From Candidatus Heimdallarchaeota archaeon (lineage in GTDB: Archaea; Asgardarchaeota; Heimdallarchaeia; JABLTI01), in NCBI GenBank assembly GCA_018238155.1, contig JABCTZ010000032.1, forward strand, positions 192,001-256,000: a stretch of DNA of 64,000 nucleotides, in the 5' to 3' direction. The translations under genes and the position numbers were made by a program. Position 1 is the stretch's first letter. Each line of letters begins with the position of its first letter. Positions 30,743-41,429 of this stretch are shown here, one piece after another. The notes under the pieces were generated by a model. It was not told where the DNA came from. It searched no databases and saw only the letters and a program-made list of their open reading frames with translations.

Positions 30743-32506
30743 TTGGAATTTGTAAAAGTATTGTTAGTTGACGATGAAGAAAATCTCTTACAGATTACTA
30801 AACTCTATCTAGAAAAAACTGATAGAAAATTTTTGATATCTATTGCTAAATCAGCAAAAATTGCTCTGAATTTATTAGTCAAGGAACCTTTTGATATTAT
30901 CATATCTGATTACAAAATGCCTGAAATGGATGGATTAGAATTTCTAGCACAAATCAAAGATCAAGGTTACAACATTCCTTTCATTATTTTTACCGGTAAA
31001 GGGCGCGAAGAAGTTGCTATTCAAGCACTTAATCTTGGGGCAGAGTATTATTTACAAAAAGGTGGTGACCCTAAAAGCCAATTTAGAGAATTAATCAACT
31101 TGATTGAAAAATCTGTTGAAAAAAGAAAATCTGATATCTCTGTGAGAAAGAGTGAAGAGAAATTCTCGAAAGCTTTTCAATTTAGTCTAAATGGTATATC
31201 TATTATCCGTTTTAGTGATCAAGTATTCTTAGATGTAAATGAGAACTTCATTAAAACTATGGGTTACTCGAGAGAAGAAATTATTGGCAAAAAGTCAAAT
31301 GAATTGAATATTTGGGCTAGGAAAGAGGATTATGAATTTTATTATAAACAATTAATTGAAACAGGAGAAATATTTGATTTTGAAACATTGATAGTAGGAA
31401 AAAATGGTCGTATTATTCCCTTACAGATTTCTGCAACTTTGATTGATATTGAGGGTGAGTTATGTATTCTCTCAATTAGTAGAGATGTTCTTGAGCTCAC
31501 TAAGGCATTAGAAGATTCAAAAGAAAATGAGATTAAATATCGTTTATTATTTGAAGAATCGCCCATTGCTATGTTTAATCTAAATATGTTTGATGTAAAA
31601 AAACACTTAGAAAAGTTTAAAATTACCGATTCGTCTCAATTTTTCGGTGCAATTAGAATACAGCCATCCTTTTTAACTGAACTAATTTCAATTGTAAAGA
31701 TATTAGCTGTAAATAAAACCGCTTTTGAATTAGTAGGTGCAAATAATAGAAATGAGCTTCTCCAATACTTCAATCATGAATATATTATGAAAAATATTGA
31801 CTTGTATTCAAAATTGATTTTACAATTGCTTTTAGGTAATACTCGTTTTGAGGATGAGATTTCAGTTATTAGTTTGAATGATGAAGCGGCAAAAATAATT
31901 CTTAGAGTGTCATTGGCACCAGGATATGAGAAAACGTGGTCTAAAGTTTTTCTATCTGCAGTAAACGTTACCAAAAGAGCACAAGCAGTGACTAATTTAA
32001 GAAAAGAAAGAGAGGTATTCAAAACCATTACTGAGGCTGCTGGTTCATCTGAAAGTGCAGAAGAATTTTTTAATAAAATCCTCAAAGGTTTAGCTGAGAT
32101 ATTGGAGTTTGAATATGCGACTATAAGGATATTAGATAATAAAACACAGTTATTGGAACCTGTTTCAAGTTTTGGTATAGATGAAAAAACTAAACAATAT
32201 CTGAAACCAATTTCAATTGAAGAAAACAATCACAAATTAGTTTCAATCTTACTTGATAAAAAAGTAGTTTCAATTTCCAATACAAAACTTAGTTCAATGA
32301 AGGATTCAATATTCGTTAAAAAATTAAATATCATATCATATGTTTTCTGCCCATTGTTAGATTCAAAGAATTCAATTATTGGATCAATGCAGTTTGGTTC
32401 TAGAGAAAGAAAGTTTTTACTAGAAGACGATAAAGTGTTTTTTAAAACATTTGCAAATATGTCATCAAATTTTTTGGAACATAGACTTAATCATTTTCTA
32501 AGCTAA
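30743..32506 (+). CDS. Receiver-PAS-PAS-GAF signalling protein (no kinase domain)
   Basis: LLVDDE, ISDYKMP, FTGKG, YLQKG; PAS repeats (DVNENF..MGYSREE; LFEESP); C-terminal GAF. Confidence 0.88.
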   Translation: MEFVKVLLVDDEENLLQITKLYLEKTDRKFLISIAKSAKIALNLLVKEPFDIIISDYKMPEMDGLEFLAQIKDQGYNIPFIIFTGKGREEVAIQALNLGAEYYLQKGGDPKSQFRELINLIEKSVEKRKSDISVRKSEEKFSKAFQFSLNGISIIRFSDQVFLDVNENFIKTMGYSREEIIGKKSNELNIWARKEDYEFYYKQLIETGEIFDFETLIVGKNGRIIPLQISATLIDIEGELCILSISRDVLELTKALEDSKENEIKYRLLFEESPIAMFNLNMFDVKKHLEKFKITDSSQFFGAIRIQPSFLTELISIVKILAVNKTAFELVGANNRNELLQYFNHEYIMKNIDLYSKLILQLLLGNTRFEDEISVISLNDEAAKIILRVSLAPGYEKTWSKVFLSAVNVTKRAQAVTNLRKEREVFKTITEAAGSSESAEEFFNKILKGLAEILEFEYATIRILDNKTQLLEPVSSFGIDEKTKQYLKPISIEENNHKLVSILLDKKVVSISNTKLSSMKDSIFVKKLNIISYVFCPLLDSKNSIIGSMQFGSRERKFLLEDDKVFFKTFANMSSNFLEHRLNHFLS

Positions 32507-32597
32507 TTGCTCTTTTTTTTTAAAACAATTAATAATTCATTCATTCGGAAATTTCTTAAAAGGACAACTGAGAAATACTTTACTATGGTGAAATTCT

Positions 32598-34628
32598 TTG
32601 ACTCAAAATCCAGAAATAACTATTATTAAAGCCATTCAAGAGGGACTTGTTAAAGCATTCAAAGAGTTAAATTTAACAGGTAAACCTATAATTCAAGAAA
32701 CGACAAAAAAATCCTCTTTTGGTGATTATTGTTCACCAATATTTCAAATTGCAAAAGAAAATAGGAGAAACCCAAAAGAGCTTGCAAAATTAATTGTCGA
32801 AAGTTTTCCAAAATTAGATTGTGTTGAAGAGGTTTCTGCTGAAGGTGGTTTCGTCAATTATAAGCTTAATCGAGCTCATTGTTCACGTTTAATTTTGTCA
32901 GTGATTCTAGCGAATGAGAAATTCTACCAAAGCGATTTGTACAAAGGTCAAAGAATAATCGTTGAGCACACTTCTGCAAATCCGAATGGACCAATCCATA
33001 TTGGAAATTTTAGAGGTTCAATTATTGGTGATATTTATGCTAGAATATTGAAAGCTGTAGGAGCAGAAGTATTAACAAACTTTTATGTGGATGATCTAGG
33101 GCACCAAATCCCTGTTCTGGTCATTGGATATGAATTGCTGAAAAAGTATGACACTGTACCTACTGAATTAAAAATTGACCATTTACTAGGTAGAATTTAT
33201 GCTATAACACATACTATGTTTGATATCCAAAAAATCAAAAAAGAGCTAAAGGAAAAATACGATTTAATTTTAGGAAAGGACCTCAATTGGATGACGAAAG
33301 AAGATGTAAAGCAATTGAAAATCTCTCTAGAAAAGAAGAATGTTCCTTTAGAAGAGCAAAAAAAGTTTTTGAAGCAAAGTGGGTTTATTCTGAACATTCA
33401 ATCAGACATTCATACAAGATTCAAAACTTTCTATGAAATATTGAAAACATGTATAGAGAAAGATGGTATTGATTTAACCACTGCAGTTCCTGATTTGAAT
33501 AGACAATACATGGATAACGAGAAGGATGCGGTAAGAAAAGTTAGAACGACTTGCGAAGATGCATTACGTGGTCAAAGAGAGGAATTAGCAATTCTGGGCA
33601 TCGAACATGATAATTATGATTGGGAAGCTGATCTTCAATGGTCTGGAAAAGTCGATGCTGCCTTAAAAAAGCTAAACATAAATGGTTTTCTAATTGAGGA
33701 TGGAAAAGCAAGATTGTTTGATGCGAACAAAGCAGCAGACCTCAAAGGTGCAAGAGAATATCTTAAAATGAAGCCATCATATGAAATCCCTAAACCTATT
33801 CTTGTTACATCAACAGGTGATACATTATATCTCTTAAGAGATATTGCTTATTCTCTCAAAAAGGTGGATCATTATTCAGCTGATAAAGTATTCAATGTTA
33901 TAGGTAAAGGACAAGAGCTATCACAACGTCAATTGAATCTTGCAGTGAGAGCGGTAGGACGTGAAGATGCCGCAAATAAAATGTGGCATTTGAATTATGA
34001 ATTTATAGAATTACAAGGTGCTCTTACAAGTATGAGTGCAAGAAGATTACAATACATAACACCTTTAGAGCTTTATGAAAAAACACGAGAAGCTGTATTA
34101 GAGAATTTCCTACAAAATAGAGATTATCCTAAAAAAGAAAAAGATGAAATTGCTCATGATGTTACTGTTGGAGCAATAAAATATTCTATTATTGCAATTG
34201 GTTTAATGAGAAAATTGTTGTTTAATCCCAAAGAAGTAGTTTCGCTATCCAATAACACATCTCCCTTCATTCAGTATGCATATGCTCGTTCACAGAATAT
34301 TCTTGCTAAAACTGATTTCTTATGGGATAAGAAACATGAAAGCACTCTCAAGAGCTTATTTGAGGATGAAGAATGGGCATTAGTTTTATCCCTTCTTAAA
34401 TTACCAAATATATTACTTCATGCTGCTGAGCAGATAAAACCAGAACTAATCAGTAATTACCTCTTTGATTTAGCAAATCTTTTCAATAAATTCTATGATG
34501 CTCATCGTGTTCTAGATGCTACAACAAAAGAACTCATTACTGCACGGTGTGCACTTACTTTTGCTGCCGGAAAGCAGCTCACAGAAGGTTTGAATTTACT
34601 TGGCATTAAATCACCATCAAGAATGTAA
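32598..34628 (+). CDS. argS: Arginyl-tRNA synthetase
   Basis: EHTSANPNGPIHIGN, YLLRDIAY, MSARR, FIQYAYAR. Confidence 0.95.
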   Translation: MTQNPEITIIKAIQEGLVKAFKELNLTGKPIIQETTKKSSFGDYCSPIFQIAKENRRNPKELAKLIVESFPKLDCVEEVSAEGGFVNYKLNRAHCSRLILSVILANEKFYQSDLYKGQRIIVEHTSANPNGPIHIGNFRGSIIGDIYARILKAVGAEVLTNFYVDDLGHQIPVLVIGYELLKKYDTVPTELKIDHLLGRIYAITHTMFDIQKIKKELKEKYDLILGKDLNWMTKEDVKQLKISLEKKNVPLEEQKKFLKQSGFILNIQSDIHTRFKTFYEILKTCIEKDGIDLTTAVPDLNRQYMDNEKDAVRKVRTTCEDALRGQREELAILGIEHDNYDWEADLQWSGKVDAALKKLNINGFLIEDGKARLFDANKAADLKGAREYLKMKPSYEIPKPILVTSTGDTLYLLRDIAYSLKKVDHYSADKVFNVIGKGQELSQRQLNLAVRAVGREDAANKMWHLNYEFIELQGALTSMSARRLQYITPLELYEKTREAVLENFLQNRDYPKKEKDEIAHDVTVGAIKYSIIAIGLMRKLLFNPKEVVSLSNNTSPFIQYAYARSQNILAKTDFLWDKKHESTLKSLFEDEEWALVLSLLKLPNILLHAAEQIKPELISNYLFDLANLFNKFYDAHRVLDATTKELITARCALTFAAGKQLTEGLNLLGIKSPSRM

Positions 34629-34820
34629 ACAATCCTAAATCGATTTTTTTCCAGCTGAAAACGTAATACCTTGATAAGAATGTAGATAACACCACTCTTT
34701 TTCTATTATTTTTGTATCCTTTAATATAAGTGGAAAGTTGGTTGAAGTTTTGTTCACACCATTTTCCAATGAAGACATGCTGAGAATTATTATCAAATTA
34801 ATTTAGTTGGTGTTACTGCA

Positions 34821-36116
34821 GTGAGTGGATCGGAATTTCCAAATAAAAACAATAGAGACCAATATGCTCTTAATGACTTTGTTTCGAGACAAAGAGGAAC
34901 AATTCAAAGAGAGACTAAGAAACCACTTGGAAAAACTAATTGTTATGTGGTAGGTGTAGGTGGCGGTGGAAATAACACTGTAAATCGTTTAATGTCTACT
35001 GCAATACGTGATGCTTTGTGTGTTTGTGTAAACACTGATCTTCAACATTTGAATTCTGTAAAATGTAACACTACTTTGCTTATTGGTAAAAAGACTACAA
35101 GAGGATTAGGTTCTGGCGGAAAACCTGAGCTTGGAAAAGCTGCTGCAGAAGAATCCTATAGTGAAATTCAAAGAATGTTCTCAGATGCAGACATAATTTT
35201 CTTAACATGTGGTTTAGGTGGCGGAACAGGCACAGGAGCAGTCCCTATCATTGCTGAAATAGCTAAAAATTCTGGTGCAATAGTCATTGGAGTTGTTACA
35301 ATTCCATTCAGCATGGAAGGCGGCAGAAAAGAAAAAGCATACAAAGGATTAGCAGAGTTACAAAAGCACTCTGATACTGTAGTGATAATTGAAAATGATA
35401 AATTACTCGAGATAGTTCCTGATTTGCCAATTGAGGAAGCATTTGGTGTTGCAGATGAAGTACTAGCAAAATATATCTATTCAATTATTTCAACAGTCAC
35501 CCAACCAAGTCTTATCAATGTCGATTTTGCTGATTTGAAAACCGTCATTACAAATGGAGGGGTAACTGTCTGTGGAATTGGTGAAGCAAAAGGAGAAGAT
35601 CGAGCCAAAATAGCTGTTCATAAAGCACTGGAAAGTCCTTTGATAAATGTTGACTATAGTGAAGGGTCTGCTGCATTGATTCATGTCACTGGTGGGTCAA
35701 CTATGTCCTTGAAGGAAGCAAGTAGTGTAGTTGAAATAATAAGAGGAAAATTAGAACCTGGTGCAGAAGTAATTTGGGGGACAAAAGTGGACTCAGAATT
35801 AGGTGATTTACTTCGAATAACAATAGTAATCTCTGGAGTACAAAGTGATCAAATCATTGGTATGAGAAAGAAAAATGAAACCATTTATGGAACTTCTATG
35901 CCATATGATAATATTGGTCAAATGAAGGATCCTGTCATACCTCCAAGAGAAAAAGAAAATTGGTTGAAAAAAGACAAACGACCAATATTTAAAGAATTGA
36001 GAAAGAAAACACAAGAGACAAAAGAAGAAATCCCAAAGAAAAAAGCATCAATAAAAGATGAGGAAGATGCTGATCAATTTTGGGATGAGATTGGCGTTTC
36101 AAAAGGTTTACAATAA
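34821..36116 (+). CDS. ftsZ: Cell division protein FtsZ
   Basis: GVGGGGNN, NTDLQHL, GLGGGTGTG, PFSMEG, INVDFADL. Confidence 0.95.
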   Translation: MSGSEFPNKNNRDQYALNDFVSRQRGTIQRETKKPLGKTNCYVVGVGGGGNNTVNRLMSTAIRDALCVCVNTDLQHLNSVKCNTTLLIGKKTTRGLGSGGKPELGKAAAEESYSEIQRMFSDADIIFLTCGLGGGTGTGAVPIIAEIAKNSGAIVIGVVTIPFSMEGGRKEKAYKGLAELQKHSDTVVIIENDKLLEIVPDLPIEEAFGVADEVLAKYIYSIISTVTQPSLINVDFADLKTVITNGGVTVCGIGEAKGEDRAKIAVHKALESPLINVDYSEGSAALIHVTGGSTMSLKEASSVVEIIRGKLEPGAEVIWGTKVDSELGDLLRITIVISGVQSDQIIGMRKKNETIYGTSMPYDNIGQMKDPVIPPREKENWLKKDKRPIFKELRKKTQETKEEIPKKKASIKDEEDADQFWDEIGVSKGLQ

Positions 36117-36194
36117 CTGACTTCCTGATTTCAAGCTCAGAGGTAACCTTATAAAAACTAGTGAATGATGGTTTTTTGCTGTTAGAAGTAAATT

Positions 36195-36270
36195 AGACCC
36201 GTATTGTAGCGGCCAATCATAGCAGTTTTTGAAATTGCTGACGGAGGTTCGAATCCTCTCGGGTCTTCCA
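36195..36270 (+). tRNA. tRNA-Gln(TTG)
   Basis: Acceptor stem AGACCCG/CGGGTCT with the A1-U72 pair typical of archaeal tRNA-Gln, anticodon stem GCAGT/ATTGC with loop TTTTGAA, GGTTCGAATCC, encoded CCA; upstream AACCTTATAAAA promoter-like box. Confidence 0.9.
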
Positions 36271-36306
36271 ATCTTCTTTTTAATGATCTATGTTTGGTTG
36301 GTTATC

Positions 36307-36876
36307 ATGGTATCAGTTAAAATTTTCATTGCAGGCGATCTACATATTCCGTCTAGAGCAGCTATGTTGCATCCAGATTTTGAAAGTGTTCTACTTCAGC
36401 AAGAATGGGATTATATTGTTTTAACTGGGGATCTAACAACTCCTTCAGTTCTTCATCGATTCGAAAAGCTAGCTCGTTCACCAAAAAAACTAATTGTTGC
36501 ACGAGGAAATATGGATCAGATGACTCTCCCACTCAAACCTACTTTTGAAATTGGTTCCCTACGCCTAGGTGCTTTTCATGGAACGGATGTTAACCCAAGG
36601 GGAGATATTCTCCAGCTAAAAAATGTCGCAAAAGAGATGGGTGTAAGAATACTTTTCACAGGACATTCGCATAAAACTTCTATCCATTTTGATGATGAAC
36701 ACATTATCCTTAACCCTGGCACCTCAACTGGAGCTTCAGGAGGAACTTCATGGTCAGTTGATACTGCATTAATTACTATGGAGATTAGTTTGGATAAATA
36801 TGTGATTCTCATCAACTGGTTGAAAATTAATAAAAATGGAAAATTAGAGATTGAACGATTAACAATCAATCTCTAA
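36307..36876 (+). CDS. Metallophosphoesterase, YfcE/Vps29 family
   Basis: GDLHIP, TGD, RGNMD, HG, GHSH, NPGTSTGA. Start moved to ATG 36307 because the longer ORF overlaps tRNA-Gln. Confidence 0.88.
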   Translation: MVSVKIFIAGDLHIPSRAAMLHPDFESVLLQQEWDYIVLTGDLTTPSVLHRFEKLARSPKKLIVARGNMDQMTLPLKPTFEIGSLRLGAFHGTDVNPRGDILQLKNVAKEMGVRILFTGHSHKTSIHFDDEHIILNPGTSTGASGGTSWSVDTALITMEISLDKYVILINWLKINKNGKLEIERLTINL

Positions 36877-36901
36877 AAAAACCCTTTTGGGTTAAAATAG
36901 A

Positions 36902-38572
36902 TTATTTTCTTTTCTTTTTGCTTGCTTTACTAATGATTGTTAAAAGTGCTATTGCAGATAAAGCAATCTCCAATGTTGGCAAAGGAGTAATTTTAGTGTT
37001 CACTGAAGTTGTTTCTGGTGGTGGAGTAGGTGTAGTTGAAGCCGCAGTTGTGAACCAGAAATACTCGGATGTGACTTTATTCAAATTTGTATCCCAAGCT
37101 TCAATGAAGTATGTGTAATTATTTGCTTCATTAAGAGCGTGTTCAATTGAGATATTACCCATAAACGTTGTGCTCCCAGATGCGAATTGTACCATATCAG
37201 TTTGGAGAGCTACTTCACCATCTTTATATGAGTAAAGAAATGCAGTAATATCATTATTGATACAGTAATCATCATCGAGACCAACGGTTACAATGACGTA
37301 ATCTTCGTCTAGAGGAACACCATTTGGGTATCTATCATTCAAATCTACAATTCCTTGAATAGTTGGAGCTTTTGTATCATCAATTACAATTGTTTGATTT
37401 AATTGAATTGGATTCTCATAAAGAGGATAAAAAGTTACAAAGATTGTTTGTTCACCTAAAGGCATATCCCATTCACCAAAGAAGAATAAGAAACTATAGT
37501 TGCCAGTTACTGCATTGACATCAGGAGCAAACCATGCACCAGGTCCATAAGTGTCACTCCATCCAGACAATTGAACAGTTAATGTGTAATCTGAAAAGTC
37601 ATCAAACACACCACCAGTAATAACGAATGCTTGATTTTGTATTTCGCCAACAATTGTTGTGAAGGTTAGATCGGCTGCTTCATTTGTAGAAGAGACATCA
37701 AATGATTGTGTTGAAATAAGCATATTGTATGTGTTATCACAATTAGCAAAACCTAATTCGAAGGATAATGAACTTGAGAAATCAATAACAAAGTCATCTG
37801 TTTCAGTAGTGTCCAATAATCTAATCATTTCTACCGTGTAGTAGTCTTGGAGCGTAGAATTGTAATCTGATGCAACAATGGTATTTGCTTGACTGCCTGT
37901 AGCAACGTTGGTTAAAACGTCTTCCCAAGCATCATACATCGTACCATTTGGTAATATGAATTCATTGGCAATTGACACCCAATTACTATCAACTATTGGT
38001 TTAGCATCTTCAAAAGTATCTGTCTCATTTGTGTTCATTCTGTATGGGAGAGTACCGCCATCAGGTGTGCCTACGTCATCACATTCGAAGGCAAGACCAG
38101 CATTAGTTCTGTTTGATGCTGTCCAAATCATAATATCTGTATCAACTCCATCACTGAAACCAACTTGGATAACATCACCTGCACCATCAATAAAGTTCCA
38201 ATCGACAAGTGATGGGTTATTCAGACCTGTTTTATTCCATTGACCAACGGAAACGTCATAAGTTGTGTCTATCCATTGTAATGCAATGTAAACATTGGTG
38301 GCGTCAAAAGCTAAAGAGACGTTTACTCCACTGAACATTTCAAAGGCTAAGCCTTCCCATTCTGATAAGTCGCCATCAGCAATAATGGTGTAAGCACTTG
38401 CATCTACTGCCCATATACCCTTATCTCCCATCGAGTCTCCCATTGAATTGGGATGAGTACAAAGATTGTGTTCAAGTAAAGATGCACAATCAATTTGTGT
38501 TGCTGATAATAATGCAACAGAAAATATTGTAATTACTATAATTAAACTTGAAAATAACATCATTTTTCTCAT
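36902..38572 (-). CDS. Secreted/cell-surface protein with DOMON/CBM9-like N-terminal domain, Ig-like repeats and C-terminal anchor
   Basis: Signal peptide, ADGDLSEW, YTVEMIRLLDT, Thr/Pro linker, tail LPTLEIAL...KKKRK. Confidence 0.7.
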   Translation of the reverse strand: MRKMMLFSSLIIVITIFSVALLSATQIDCASLLEHNLCTHPNSMGDSMGDKGIWAVDASAYTIIADGDLSEWEGLAFEMFSGVNVSLAFDATNVYIALQWIDTTYDVSVGQWNKTGLNNPSLVDWNFIDGAGDVIQVGFSDGVDTDIMIWTASNRTNAGLAFECDDVGTPDGGTLPYRMNTNETDTFEDAKPIVDSNWVSIANEFILPNGTMYDAWEDVLTNVATGSQANTIVASDYNSTLQDYYTVEMIRLLDTTETDDFVIDFSSSLSFELGFANCDNTYNMLISTQSFDVSSTNEAADLTFTTIVGEIQNQAFVITGGVFDDFSDYTLTVQLSGWSDTYGPGAWFAPDVNAVTGNYSFLFFFGEWDMPLGEQTIFVTFYPLYENPIQLNQTIVIDDTKAPTIQGIVDLNDRYPNGVPLDEDYVIVTVGLDDDYCINNDITAFLYSYKDGEVALQTDMVQFASGSTTFMGNISIEHALNEANNYTYFIEAWDTNLNKVTSEYFWFTTAASTTPTPPPETTSVNTKITPLPTLEIALSAIALLTIISKASKKKRK

Positions 38573-38779
38573 TTTTCTCTCTCCATTAATAATTTAAATT
38601 AGTTAATTAGTCTTCTGACATTTAATAAATATGTCCATTTGCTAATACAAAGGTCAAAAAGTCTTGATGAATTAGCATTTTCATTAAATTAGCTGAAAGT
38701 TAATAATAAAGGGAAATTTTAGATTGAAAAAAACAAAAGCCAATCTCTTACAAATTGAATCCTTTTTTAGGCTTTTTAT

Positions 38780-40453
38780 TTACTTTCTTTTCTTTTTGTT
38801 TGCTTTACCTATGATCGTTATTAGTGCCATTGCTGCTAAAGCGATTTCCAATGTTGGTAAATAAACAATGTGGGAGTTTTCTGAACCAGTTTGAATAGGT
38901 GTGTAAATGCCTGCAATAGATGTAAAGTTAAGTTTTGTTGTTGTAACTTTATTCATGTAAACATCAAATACTTCTACATAATAAAAGTAAAGATAATCAA
39001 TCTCTATATCATGTTCTACAGAAAAGTTTCCTGAAAAAGTTCTGCCCAATATTGAAAATTGAGTCATTTCCACCATTGAGAGAACATCATCACCTTTGTA
39101 ATAATAGAGATATGCTTTCAAATCATCAGTATCACAGTAAGTATCATCTATTCCAATTGTAATTGTTACTTTATCAATATTTAGAGGAATGCCTTTTGGA
39201 TACCAATCCGTAATATTAGTAACTCCGTAGATATGTGGTGGATAAGTATCTTCAATATCTATTAATTGCCATAGAATTATCGGATCTTCATACATTGGAT
39301 TTAAGGTAATCGTAATGTTGTTTGTGCCTATTGGCATATTCCTATTATCATAAAAGAATAAAAAGCTCCAAGAACCAGTAATCAAATCTATGGATGCATA
39401 GTCATAACTATTAGGACCATAAGTGTCATTCCATCCAGAACATTCAATCCGTACTTTGATATTCCCAAAGTCATCGTAAACTTCTCCAGTAATAAGCAAT
39501 GATAGTGATATCTCACTTGGCATTGTGTCAAATGTTAATTCTGCAGGATTATTTGTTATTGTAATTTTAAATGAATTAAAGTTAAATGAATTATAACTTA
39601 CAGTGTGAAAACTACCGCTAATTTCTAGATAAAATGTTAATTCATCACTAACAAAATCTAAAGCACAATCATCGGTTTTGGAAGTGTTTAAAGGTCTCTT
39701 AAATTCCATAATATATTGTTCATTACTATATGTCCAATTCATTGATACATCTGCTTGACTCGCAGATGGAGTAATTAATCCTTCATTATACCAACCATCT
39801 ATTGTAGTGAAATTTGGAATTGCAGAGTAATTGGTGATTGGAGTCCAATTATTATAATAAACAGGTTTAGCATTCCAATAGATATTCTCTGTAGTATTAG
39901 TGTTAATTAGATATGGAGTTAAACCTGTGTCTGGATTTCTACCATAATCATGTTCGAATACATATCCATTGTGAGTTCTATTAGATGCTGTCCAAGTCCA
40001 GAAATCACCTTTTGATATATTATCACTGTGAGCGAATCCCATAGATACTATATCATCCTCTCCATCTATTATCTCCCAATCCGCATCATCTTCATCAATC
40101 ATACCAGTTTTATTCCATGTAAATACTGAATCACTGAAAGTACTATCCGCCCATGTTAAGCCGATATAAACATAATTGGAATCATATGCAAGGTAAACAT
40201 TGACGTTTGAAAGCAGCTCACTTTTAATTCCTTCTTGCTCCCAATCACTAAGATTACCATCTAAAATAAATTCCGTGTTTGTGAATTGTGCAAAAATCTC
40301 ACTATCTCCAATCGGATCACCTAAAGCATCGCTAGAAATTGGTTTAGGTTGGTTATCTCTTTCTGTCTTTATGTAAATGTTCTCATTTCTAAAACTCATC
40401 GAGAATATCACTATTAATACCAAAAAACTTGAGATAATTGTTCTTTTTCTCAT
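38780..40453 (-). CDS. Tandem paralog of the preceding cell-surface protein
   Basis: LDGNLSDW, WTASNRT, GWNDTYGP and the same LPTLEIAL...KKKRK tail; start ATG 40453 after the same GGAGAGAGA leader. Confidence 0.7.
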   Translation of the reverse strand: MRKRTIISSFLVLIVIFSMSFRNENIYIKTERDNQPKPISSDALGDPIGDSEIFAQFTNTEFILDGNLSDWEQEGIKSELLSNVNVYLAYDSNYVYIGLTWADSTFSDSVFTWNKTGMIDEDDADWEIIDGEDDIVSMGFAHSDNISKGDFWTWTASNRTHNGYVFEHDYGRNPDTGLTPYLINTNTTENIYWNAKPVYYNNWTPITNYSAIPNFTTIDGWYNEGLITPSASQADVSMNWTYSNEQYIMEFKRPLNTSKTDDCALDFVSDELTFYLEISGSFHTVSYNSFNFNSFKITITNNPAELTFDTMPSEISLSLLITGEVYDDFGNIKVRIECSGWNDTYGPNSYDYASIDLITGSWSFLFFYDNRNMPIGTNNITITLNPMYEDPIILWQLIDIEDTYPPHIYGVTNITDWYPKGIPLNIDKVTITIGIDDTYCDTDDLKAYLYYYKGDDVLSMVEMTQFSILGRTFSGNFSVEHDIEIDYLYFYYVEVFDVYMNKVTTTKLNFTSIAGIYTPIQTGSENSHIVYLPTLEIALAAMALITIIGKANKKKRK

Positions 40454-40707
40454 TTCTCTCTCTCCACAATTGCTTGAAATAACATTATTGTTCTTCAATT
40501 ATTTAAAAAAAACTGTTCATTTGAATCTTTTTTATGATAAAAACATCCTCAGAAGATTTTTATGTGAAAAAAGTAAACTTCTTTTCTGTAAAATAAGGTC
40601 TCTACGTAATATCTCAATAGAGCTGAGAATATTCGTTGTATTAAAGATAGCTTTCAGCTAATGATAATGCTAGATAGCATGAATAATTATGCTGGATATA
40701 TGCCGAG

Positions 40708-41223
40708 GTGAACAAATCTATGAAAAACGAACATGCAGATATAGATATCGTTTCGAATACATTAGATGCTAGTTCCACTATTGGATATTTCATGGGTTCC
40801 TACAAAGATGTTCTTGGAGTTGGTGTTTTCAATCTATTTGGTGGATCGCTATTTTCAAGTGCAAAGAATTCCAATGGTGATCTTGGATTAGCCGCATTCA
40901 AGTCTTTGTTGGGTTTAGTTGGAAGTCAAATTGATTATATCTTACCTGCAGAAGCTAGTGTCCAATTTATCGCTCCAAACGATATTCTTGTTGGAGTTTC
41001 GAAAATCAGTACTGACAAAATTATGGCTGTTGTTCTCAGTCGTGAAGCACAATTGTCTTCTATTATTCCTAATTTGATTAAGATTACAAAAATGCTTCAG
41101 GGTATGACCGTTAAAGTAAATGCTCTTTCTAATACAAAATGTATGGAATATTGTAATATGACTGCTGCATCGCAATCTAGCCCAAGACAACGCAAAAATC
41201 TAGTCAAAAAATTTGGTGCTTGA
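40708..41223 (+). CDS. Roadblock/LC7-like protein
   Basis: Alpha/beta pattern VLGVGVFNLFGGSLFS...ILVGVSKISTDKIMAVVL...IIPNLIKI. Confidence 0.55.
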   Translation: MNKSMKNEHADIDIVSNTLDASSTIGYFMGSYKDVLGVGVFNLFGGSLFSSAKNSNGDLGLAAFKSLLGLVGSQIDYILPAEASVQFIAPNDILVGVSKISTDKIMAVVLSREAQLSSIIPNLIKITKMLQGMTVKVNALSNTKCMEYCNMTAASQSSPRQRKNLVKKFGA

Positions 41224-41429
41224 ATAAGTAAGGCGCCATCTTTCATTCTTTTTACGAATTCTTTTAATATGTAGTGTTTTTTGAATTAAACTAGTAGAAA
41301 TTTAATCTCCGTATAACCAAAAAGATTTTAATGTTATGAAATTGAAAAAGGAGATGCAAAGGTAGGTAAAAAGTTAAAAACAACAAACTTTGCTTATTAT
41401 CTATATTGAAGTGAAAAAAGGTTATCATA

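Noticed and set aside
36229-36306. N-terminal extension of the phosphoesterase ORF
   Set aside because: Overlaps tRNA-Gln; ATG 36307 is the plausible start
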